Below, in pieces: positions 56,211 through 64,000 of a DNA stretch of 64,000 nucleotides. The position numbers and the translations under genes are program-made. Within the stretch, counting starts at the first letter, position 1. Each line of letters begins with the position of its first letter. The stretch comes from an uncultured Gemmatimonadales bacterium (GTDB taxonomy: Bacteria; Gemmatimonadota; Gemmatimonadetes; Gemmatimonadales; GWC2-71-9). A model generated the notes under the pieces. The model saw nothing but the letters and a program-made list of their open reading frames with translations, searched no databases and was not told where the DNA came from. The stretch is from positions 64,001 through 128,000 of the forward strand of contig CAWJIM010000004.1 of the NCBI GenBank assembly GCA_963842945.1, read 5' to 3'.

Positions 56211-56813
56211 TCAGGCCGCGATGCCGAGGTGTTCCAACGCGCCCTGCACCGACGCGAGGTACTCCTCGGCCCCAACCCGCTCGGGATCGATCATGGCCTG
56301 CACCGGATAGCCGATGATCAGGCTGACCGCCACCGCTGCCAGGCCGGCCGAGCTCCGGCTGCTCTGGCCATTCCCGTTGGAAAACTCCGAGATCAGATCC
56401 TGGAATGCGCTCCGGTATCGATCCAGACCGGCACCGATCTTCTGCCGGATGACGGCATTGTGGCCGCCCCGGGTCCAGAACTCCAGCAGCAGGCGAAGAC
56501 GGCGCGGCTCCTCCGACAGCCGCTGCAGCTCCTGGCGAACCAGCACCTGCAGACGCTCGCGGGGGTTGCGAATGGTGCGGATCTCATTGGGGAGGGTGAT
56601 CGAGAGGGTGCCCGCGAGCACCCGGTCGAGCAAGGCCAGGCCCAGCTGGTCCTTCCGCTTGAAGTGGAAGAGGATCAGGCTGTGACTGAGCCGGGCGCGG
56701 GTGGCAACGGCCCGCACGGTGAGACCATCGATGCCCCTGCGCAGCGCCACCTCGTACGAAGCCTCGAGGATCTGCTCTCGTCGGGTGGCTTGAGTTTCCC
56801 TCTGCCCTGGCAT
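56211..56813 (-). CDS. TetR family regulator (BetI-like C-terminus)
   Basis: RREQILEA...LTVRAVATRARLSHSLILFHFKRK. Confidence 0.88.
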   Translation of the reverse strand: MPGQRETQATRREQILEASYEVALRRGIDGLTVRAVATRARLSHSLILFHFKRKDQLGLALLDRVLAGTLSITLPNEIRTIRNPRERLQVLVRQELQRLSEEPRRLRLLLEFWTRGGHNAVIRQKIGAGLDRYRSAFQDLISEFSNGNGQSSRSSAGLAAVAVSLIIGYPVQAMIDPERVGAEEYLASVQGALEHLGIAA

Positions 56814-56833
56814 CTGCCGCCTCCAGTGTGGAT

Positions 56834-56889
56834 GCTATTGACCTGCTGGTTAATAAAGAGTAGTATTTATTAACCGCTTGGTCAATAGC
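56834..56889. promoter_or_regulatory. AT-rich palindromic operator
   Basis: GCTATTGACC-N4-GGTTAATAAA-N8-TTTATTAACC-N4-GGTCAATAGC. Confidence 0.75.
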
Positions 56890-57003
56890 GCCGGGCCTTT
56901 GGCTCCCGCTCGCCGCCAACTCTCTAGTGTGAAGTGCTCAGGCTTCGCTTCTGTGATGGGAGAGCGGAGCCAACCAGTCGAACCCAAACTGAGGCCTGTC
57001 GCA

Positions 57004-57348
57004 ATGACCGCATCGCCCGACACGTTGACCGATCGTATGCTCGCGCGGGTGAAAGCCGCCCGCCGTGCCGCCGACCAGCGCGCGAGTGCAACCAGGCCCA
57101 AGGTAAAGCGGGGGCAGCCGCGGCCGGCCGATCCGGCCTCGCCCGATATGGAGGAAACCCGGGACACTGAATCGCTCAAACGGGTGTTCCACCAACTGGG
57201 AGTCTCTTACCGCCGCTATCGGAAGCAGATCGGAGGCCCGGTGGTGCCGGGCCTGCGCGATGCCGCCTACAACTTCCGGGCGGAGCCCACCCTCGCGTCG
57301 CTGGTCACCGTCGCCGGCTTCCTGGATGAGCTCGAGCTCCTGGATTAA
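57004..57348 (+). CDS. Hypothetical protein
   Basis: Intact ORF divergent from TetR; start uncertain. Confidence 0.6.
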   Translation: MTASPDTLTDRMLARVKAARRAADQRASATRPKVKRGQPRPADPASPDMEETRDTESLKRVFHQLGVSYRRYRKQIGGPVVPGLRDAAYNFRAEPTLASLVTVAGFLDELELLD

Positions 57349-57361
57349 GCGAGGATCCGAA

Positions 57362-57832
57362 ATGCAGAAGCGTTTGGTTGGTGTCCCCGAGCAGAGGAGC
57401 GTCACCGAGGAGAGCTGGCTGGATCTCGAGGCCATGGCGCAGGTGGAGCTGACGTCGGAAGACCCGGCGAGCCCGATCGAGGGGGCCTTGCTCCCGAATG
57501 GCCAGTCCGGCTGGCGGGCGGCGGAGCCCGGAAGCCAGAGCATCCGCCTCATGTTTCACCAGCCGCAGCGACTGCGGAGGATCCGGCTCCGCTTCGATGA
57601 ACCGGCGGCCGAGCGGACCCAGGAGTTTGCCTTGCGCTGGTCGCCCGACGGGGGCCGCTCGTCCCAGGACCTGGTGCGGCAGCAATACACCTTCAGTCCC
57701 GGGGGCTCAACCAGCGAGGTAGAGGATCTCAATGTCGATCTTCGCGCAGTCACCTCATTGGAGCTGACCATTATCCCCGATCAGGGACAGGGTCGGGCCC
57801 ATGCCAGTCTCGCGGAGTGGCGCATCGCCTGA
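57362..57832 (+). CDS. Galactose-binding-like (discoidin/F5-8-like) domain protein
   Basis: VELTSEDPASPIE, GWRAAEPGSQSIRL, RTQEFALRWS. Confidence 0.7.
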   Translation: MQKRLVGVPEQRSVTEESWLDLEAMAQVELTSEDPASPIEGALLPNGQSGWRAAEPGSQSIRLMFHQPQRLRRIRLRFDEPAAERTQEFALRWSPDGGRSSQDLVRQQYTFSPGGSTSEVEDLNVDLRAVTSLELTIIPDQGQGRAHASLAEWRIA

Positions 57833-57887
57833 GGCAGCGGGGCAGCGGGGCAGCGGGGCAGCGGGGCAGCGGGGCAGCGGGGCAGCG
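57833..57887. repeat. (GGCAGCGG)n microsatellite, about 7 units
   Basis: Directly visible; reverse-complement type tract at 36541-36580. Confidence 0.9.
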
Positions 57888-57929
57888 AGATCTCGCTAGC
57901 GCTCGACAGATGACTCGCGGGCGATGGAA

Positions 57930-58352
57930 TCAGGTCCTTTCCGGCGCGCCCGTGTCATGCCCTCCGGTCCGCAGATCGTCCCGGGCACTCTCGGCCAGAC
58001 GGCAGTAGCCGTCCAGGATCTGGTCGAGCTCATGCTCTTCCAGTTCCTCCAGATCCAGCAGGGCGTTGTGAGCCCCTGCCGTCGCCCGCAGCAACTCGTC
58101 CAACTTGACCTGCACCGCCTCGGCATCCCGGTTCTGAGTGGCCTGGATGAGGAATACCATCAGGAAGGTGATGACCGTCGTACCGGTATTGATGACGAGC
58201 TGCCAGGTATCACTGAAATGAAATAATGGACCGGTCACCAACCAGGTGAGAATTACCGCGACGGCGAGAAGGAAGGCGGAGGGCCGGCCAGTCGCCCGTG
58301 CCGTGCCCTTGGCAAAGCGGGTGAAGTGGGATCGGCTTCTGGTTGGGCGCAT
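57930..58352 (-). CDS. Low-affinity iron permease (Fet4-like) family protein
   Basis: FSDTWQLVINTGTTVITFLMVFLIQATQNRD...KLDEL. Confidence 0.9.
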   Translation of the reverse strand: MRPTRSRSHFTRFAKGTARATGRPSAFLLAVAVILTWLVTGPLFHFSDTWQLVINTGTTVITFLMVFLIQATQNRDAEAVQVKLDELLRATAGAHNALLDLEELEEHELDQILDGYCRLAESARDDLRTGGHDTGAPERT

Positions 58353-58384
58353 GGGACAGATCCTTACTGAGACCGCAATAAACC

Positions 58385-58411
58385 TACGGCCCGCCAACTG
58401 CGCGGGCCGTA
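58385..58411 (-). terminator. Hairpin downstream of groEL
   Basis: TACGGCCCGC-N7-GCGGGCCGTA. Confidence 0.65.
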
Positions 58412-58425
58412 AGTTCAGCGGGTGT

Positions 58426-60055
58426 TTAGTACATCCCGCCCATTCCACCGCCCGGCATCGCGGGCGACGGCTTGTCTTCCCTCTTCTCCACCAGCACGCA
58501 CTCGGTGGTGAGGAGCAGGCCCGCAATCGACGCCGCGTTCTGTAGCGCGGTGCGGGTGACCTTGGTCGGGTCGATGACCCCGGCCTTGACCAGATCCTCG
58601 TAGGTATCGGTCGCGGCGTTGTAGCCGAAGTTCTTGTCCTTCGATTCCTTGACTCGGCTCACCACGATCGACCCCTCGGCTCCGGCATTCTCCGCGATCA
58701 GCCGGATCGGCTCCTCCAGCGCCCGCCGGATGATGGCGACGCCGGTCTTCTCATCCTCGGTTCCCTTGATCCGATCCAGCGCGCTCTGGGCCCGGAGCAG
58801 CGCGACTCCACCGCCGGGCACAATTCCCTCTTCGACCGCGGCGCGAGTGGCGTGCAGTGCGTCCTCGACCCGAGCCTTCTTCTCCTTCATCTCGGTCTCG
58901 GTGGCCGCGCCGACGTTGATGATGGCCACGCCGCCGGCCATCTTGGCCAACCGCTCCTGCAACTTCTCGCGATCGTAGTCGCTGGTGCTCTTCTCGATGG
59001 CGCTCCGGAGCTCGGCGATCCGGCCCTGGACTTCCTCCGCCTTGCCTTTGCCATCGATGATCGTCGTATTGTCCTTGTCGATCACCACCCGTTTGGCGCG
59101 GCCGAGATCATTGAGGGTCACGTTCTCCAGCTTGAGGCCCAGCTCCTCGGAGATGACCTGCCCGCCGGTGAGCACCGCGATGTCGCGGAGCATCTCCTTG
59201 CGCCGATCACCGAAGCCCGGTGCCTTGACGGCCACGACCTTCAGCGTCCCCCGAAGCTTGTTCACCACCAGGGTCGCCAGCGCCTCGCCCTCCACATCCT
59301 CGGCGATGAGCAGCATCGGCTTGCCGTTCTGCGCCACCTGCTCCAGCAGCGGCAGCAGCTCCTTCATCGCGGAGACCTTCTTGTCGTGGATCAGAATGTA
59401 GGGATCCTCCAGCACCGCCTCCATCTTCTCCGGGTCGGTCACGAAGTAGGGCGACAGATAACCCCGGTCGAACTGGGTCCCGTCCACCGTCTCCAGTGTG
59501 GTCTCCAGACCCTTCGCCTCTTCGACGGTGATGACGCCGTCCTTGCCCACCTTCCCCATCGCCTCCGCGATCAGGTTCCCGATCTCCTTGTCATTGTTCG
59601 CGGAGATGGTGCCCACCTGGGTGATTTCCTTCTTGCCGGTGGAGGCAACCGAGATGCTGCGGAGCTGCTCGACTACGGCCTCTACCGCGCGGTCGATCCC
59701 CCGCTTCAGCTCCATCGGGTTGGCGCCCGCGGTCACGTTCTTGAGGCCCTCGCGGAAGATCGCCTGGGCGAGCACGGTCGCCGTGGTGGTGCCGTCGCCG
59801 GCGAGATCGCTGGTCTTGGTGGCGACCTCCTTCAGCATCTGGGCTCCCAGGTTCTCGATCGGGATCGCTCAGCTCGACTTCCTTGGCCACGGTGACGCCA
59901 TCCTTGGTCACGGTGGGGGAACCGAATTTCTTATCGATGACGACGTTGCGGCCCTTGGGGCCGAGCGTGATCGCGACGGCGTCCGCCAGCTGGTCGATAC
60001 CCTGCTTCAGCTTGGCGCGTGCCTCGGTACTGAACAGAAGTTCTTTCGATGCCAT
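58426..60055 (-). CDS. groEL: Chaperonin GroEL, frameshift near 59860
   Basis: [30 protein letters not shown] tail. Confidence 0.96.
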
Positions 60056-60084
60056 ATATGCCCTCATTTCCTCAGTAAGCTGCA

Positions 60085-60399
60085 TCAGCCAATCTTGGCC
60101 AGAACGTCGGACGCTTTGATGATGATCAGCTCATCACCGCCGACCTCGTAGGGGGTCCCGCTGTACTTGCCGTAGATCACCTGGTCGCCCTGGTGAATGT
60201 CCATCTTTACCCGATCGCCCTTCTCGATCCGCCCGGGTCCCACGGCGATCACCTCGCCCCGGGTGGGCTTTTCCTTCGCGGTGTCCGGGATGTACAACCC
60301 TCCCCGCATCGCTTCCGAATCCTCCAGCGGCAGGATCACGACCCGATCCTCGAACGGATGGATCTTGATCCCGGGCCTGGTCTTCATGGCAGTGGCCAT
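60085..60399 (-). CDS. groES: Co-chaperonin GroES
   Basis: [26 protein letters not shown]. Confidence 0.95.
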   Translation of the reverse strand: MATAMKTRPGIKIHPFEDRVVILPLEDSEAMRGGLYIPDTAKEKPTRGEVIAVGPGRIEKGDRVKMDIHQGDQVIYGKYSGTPYEVGGDELIIIKASDVLAKIG

Positions 60400-60439
60400 A
60401 GAACTCTCCAATCTGAGCTACGTAATAGGTGACCGGCCG

Positions 60440-61296
60440 TTACCGAGCCTGAAAGTGGAGTGCATCTCGGAGACTCTGTAACTCCCGGTAGTAGTAGAGC
60501 GGCGTCGGCCGCTTGCCGTTGAACTTGAGCCGCTTGAGAAAGGCGATCTCTTCATCGCTCGCGTTACCCCGGAGCGCCGGGTCGTCCAGGAACTCGTGAA
60601 GACCCGGCTCTTCATCGATCTGGTCCGCGGACTTCTTCTCGACAAACTCGAATCGCTTGACGTGGCCCGAGACGACTCGGTGGTTCAAGACGATGTCGAG
60701 GGCAAAGGTCGCGAGGTCGATGCTCCAGGATTCGATCAGCGGATCGAGGAACGAGACGCAGTGCTCGGCAGAGAGGTGGAAGATGTCGGTGTCGAGGAAC
60801 TCCAGCACGATCACCCGGGTCTCTTCGTAGCTTCGGTGGCTCAGCTCCGCCACCATGTGGAGCCAGTGGTCATTCTCCAGCTCCTGCCTTGCCACTCCTT
60901 TGACGACGTCGAGCAGCGTCTGGGTGACCAGCCGCTCCAGCTCGCCGAACGACTCCTTTTCGAAGATGGCGCGGAGGTCCGCCGACTCCTCGGCGGCACA
61001 TTTCCGGAGGACGAGGTCGCGAACCTCGCGGAACAACGGCGCCGGGTCCTCCGCCAGCTCCTTCTTGAGCTCCCGCTTCCGCTGCACATCGGCCATCCGC
61101 GCCAGCTCTCCGGGGGCAGCTTGAGGAACCGGTCCATCTTCTCGTAGATGTCGGTCCGGTTGGGGGCCGGTGGCGCCTTGCGCCGGGTCAGCAGCTGGGA
61201 GATGTACGACTCGGTGACCTGGGCGGCGCGGGCGAGCTCTCGCTGCTCCAGGCCGAACTCCTCCAATCGTTGCCGGATGATCAAGGAGACGTCCAC
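60440..61296 (-). CDS. XRE-type HTH protein with large uncharacterised C-terminal region, frameshift near 61110
   Basis: LEQRELARAAQVTESYISQLL. Confidence 0.8.
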
Positions 61297-61323
61297 AGTG
61301 GGTCCTCGGGCTGAGCTGGGGTT

Positions 61324-61424
61324 GATTAACAGAGTTAAGTTAATCGGAAGGGCCCCTAGGGGCAAGCCGAAGACTGTTACTTGACAAATGTAGTAAAGCA
61401 GGCTAAGTTGCTGTCTGTCAAGTA
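61324..61424. promoter_or_regulatory. Overlapping face-to-face sigma70-like promoters and palindrome
   Basis: TTGACA(61381)-N17-TAAGTT on +; TTGACA(61421)-N18-TTTACT on -; GATTAAC-N8-GTTAATC at 61324-61345. Confidence 0.6.
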
Positions 61425-61475
61425 CATCACATAGTGGAGCCCGCCACTATTCAACCATAGATTCAAGGAGTTCTC

Positions 61476-61790
61476 ATGTATTCACGTCATGTGAGTTGCC
61501 ATCTCAAGCCGATTAAGCGGGAAGAGTTAACCCAGATGTTCGACCGGGAGATTCTGCCCCTCTTGCAGAAGCAGAATGGCTTCAATGACGAAGTTCTGTT
61601 CGTGGATCAGGATGGCCGGCAGGTACTCGCCATCAGCTTGTGGGACAGCAAGGAAAGTGCGGAGAACTACAGCCGCGAGACTTACCCCCAGGTGCTCAAG
61701 ACTCTAGCGAGAGTCATCGAGGGTACGCCGCAGGTCCGTAACTACGAGGTTGCTTTCTCGACCGCCCACAAGAACGTCGCCGCCATCTAA
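61476..61790 (+). CDS. ABM-like dimeric alpha-beta barrel protein
   Basis: AAGGAG RBS; LLQKQNGF, ISLWDSKESAE. Confidence 0.75.
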   Translation: MYSRHVSCHLKPIKREELTQMFDREILPLLQKQNGFNDEVLFVDQDGRQVLAISLWDSKESAENYSRETYPQVLKTLARVIEGTPQVRNYEVAFSTAHKNVAAI

Positions 61791-61861
61791 GAAGCCGGCG
61801 AAGGTGTTCGGCCCGGGGGGAGAGCTGCTTGGTGGCTCTCCCCCTTGGTGTGTCCGGCAGG

Positions 61862-62424
61862 TCACTCCTGCTCTTTGATCCGGCGCAACTCGCGCGCAGC
61901 CACCACCAGATCCAGGGTGTGCACCCGCATCGTCCGACTGGCTTCCAGTGCCTGGGCCAGCCGGCTCAGTCCGGCGTGCGCCAGGACGATCTCCGCTTCG
62001 GCGACGCTGGTCAGATCGGTGCTCCGGGTAATCGCGTCGCGCACGGCGTGATAGAGATCGTCCGCGGTGAACGGCTTGAGCATGACCCGCACCGGAATGT
62101 CTGCCGGGGCCGATGTGGGGCACCGCATCGGGATTGGCCGACATGCAGAGCACCGCCACACTGGGCCGGTACCGGGCCAGCGTTTCCGACACCTGCCGGC
62201 CATCGATGCCCGGCATCGACAGATCGGTCAGCACCAGGTCGAACGGTTCCTCCCGGCTCTGAATGAGGGCCAATGCTGCCTCGCCGTCGGGGGCGAGCTC
62301 GACGTGGAAGCCTTCGGCCTCGAGCCGGCGGCGAACCAGCTCGCCGCTGGGCGGGCTCGTTCTCCACGACCAGCACGGTGGCTCCGTGCCAGATGGGTCC
62401 ATGGGGAATGTCGGACGACGCCAT
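61862..62424 (-). CDS. Response regulator receiver protein, frameshifted
   Basis: VLVVEN, DLVLTDLSMPGIDG, LKPFT. Confidence 0.8.
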
Positions 62425-62548
62425 ATACCCCCCTGGGAAGAAGCAGCGTCGCTGTTTGGGGGAAGAGGGATGGGCTGAACTGCCTACTATATAGATAGGA
62501 GGTGGGACGCGGCTTTACCACTGAACGTGGGGCAGCTTGCATGGCCTG

Positions 62549-62766
62549 AGGTCAGGCAGTCAGTGGCGGGCAGGCGGTCAGGCGGGCGGGCGGTCAGTCG
62601 GTCAGTCGGTCTCTGCGCGCTGTCGTCGCTAACGCGCAAGCCTCAGGGCAGGCTCTGAGCGAAGCGAAGGGGCCGAAGCTTACTGGCACTCCTTCGCAAA
62701 CCGCCCAGGATGACAATCATTGGTCACGTGGCGGGAGCTCCCACGGGGAAGCTGACCGGCAGATCA
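62549..62766. repeat. Direct repeat copy 2 including orphan 3' end of heme-binding gene
   Basis: Minus strand DLPVSFPVGAPAT* at 62723-62766 plus the same REP and GGTC tract as 53505-53664. Confidence 0.8.
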
Positions 62767-62849
62767 CCTCTCCGAGATCCTAAAATTCCTCTCCGAGGAC
62801 GATGCGGACTTTCTAGCTTCACGGTATCCGACCAGCTGGTTGCGCGTTT

Positions 62850-63256
62850 GGGGGTAGCTCCCTGGACTGAGTGGTGTCAATCGAAGGAAATGGCTTCAGT
62901 TCGCGGAAGGGGACAGGGTTCTATTCTGCGGACGCGGAAAGGTGTTCGCTTCGACCTCGCTTCGATATAGAGTCCGCAGTCGGCGACTTGCGGTGACGCT
63001 TTGGGGGACAGATGCTGAAGGTAAAACATGGGAGTACATCTATTTCGTTGGTGAGCTTCGGAATCAAAATATAACCTATACCGAACTAGCAGCAGTCCTT
63101 GGCTTTGCGTCCGATTACGTGGTACTCGGTCTCAATCTCCTGGATGAGGCGAAGAGTCAAGCCGTACTACGGGCCTTTGCCTTGCGGATGATTAATTACA
63201 GCCCGACTGTCCGTTTTGAGCAGCTGGACATCGACACCGACTTAGGCCGTTCCTGA
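62850..63256 (+). CDS. Lower-GC hypothetical protein, disrupted or partial; 5' end unclear
   Basis: LWGTDAEGKTWEYIYF...ITYTELAAVLGF; upstream frame WGVAP. Confidence 0.45.
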
Positions 63257-63316
63257 TCGCCTTCAACCTGGAAATAGTCACATGCCTCGTGAAGCAGCTC
63301 TCTTCGAAGACTGTGA

Positions 63317-63566
63317 TGGAAGCCCAGTAGAGGATTTTGCCGTCTGGCGCAAAGATGGCGGCAACATTCCCCCTGCCTGGATCGAGCGATCTCGTGAATC
63401 CAGACGGAATCGTCAGCAGGAGCTCGGTCAACTACTTCATAGCCGCGGCTCGCTAGACGCAATCACGAATCTGAGGGAATGGGAAATTGCGTTCAGAAAG
63501 GAATGTTTCTATTTAGGTTTACGCATTCTTCTCGAGCTTGAGCGCAAAGGAAGTAGTGAACTATAA
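63317..63566 (+). CDS. Lower-GC small hypothetical protein
   Basis: EDFAVWR...LREWEIAFRKECFYLGLRILLELER. Confidence 0.5.
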
Positions 63567-64000
63567 GCCGAAAATCCGTTCCCGGCCCCGGACCAAAGCT
63601 TTGCGAGTTCTTGCCAAGTTTAGGTACTCCGAGAGATTCTGGTCTTCACTTCGGAATCCCTTTCGCGACGCGCATCTTTCGGCTCGGTCATGGCTGTAAT
63701 GGCCAATCCAGATCCTCTATGATCAGGGCTATGGAATGCTGCTCGAAAGGGCCGGCATAGAAAAAAGCTGATAAGTGGCCTGGGGCTCGGCCTTCGAACC
63801 GCCGTTCAAGGCCGTTTGAGTTTGAGGGTGCTGTCGAGGATGTCGGACCGACCCAGTGGCCACTTATGCTCAGAGTCGCTTGTGTCTATTCAACTGAACA
63901 AAAAAATGAGAAACAGGATGCCCTAACCGCGGAGCTCATCCTGGAAGGAGTTGCCAGAAACCAAGGTTCCACAGTTCCGCTGTATATTGTCCCGTCATCG

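Noticed and set aside
57833..57887. Tandem repeats as a CRISPR array
   Set aside because: Units are 7-8 bp with no spacers and no cas genes.
63766..63870. Integron attC site or retron msr-msd
   Set aside because: No RYYYAAC/GTTRRRY ends, and no integrase or reverse transcriptase in the window.

Overview
High-GC bacterial chromosomal DNA, probably Gemmatimonadota. This is inferred from the Hanks kinase with the RYxIERELGRGGMATVYLARD start, the BTAD-PD40 regulator and the GTCAT-type REPs and microsatellites. Most long genes are split by single-base indels, consistent with unpolished long-read sequence, so many CDS ends are approximate and join several ORF-track pieces. Content: an FGE-sulfatase/hydrolase fusion, SBP56, a MacAB-like ABC exporter, nitroreductase-aldehyde dehydrogenase-DUF779, GH15 and pgm, an oxidative/non-oxidative pentose phosphate cluster (glk, gnd, zwf, HAD, tal, tkt, rpiA), many secreted or lipoprotein hypotheticals, hutF/argE with serine hydrolases, a Ser/Thr kinase, an XRE-groES-groEL unit and a lower-GC tail. 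No rRNA, tRNA, CRISPR, integrase or transposase was recognised. Best leads: (1) a membrane-anchored SARP/BTAD beta-propeller regulator with three nearby promoters of identical geometry, (GTGA-N7)x2-GTGA-N10-TAnnnT; (2) a ~350-nt rod-like imperfect inverted repeat inside the zwf operon; (3) a peroxiredoxin-like gene with an in-frame TGA at the catalytic Cys and a SECIS-like hairpin; (4) repeated signs of integrase-free block insertions flanked by duplicated gene ends.
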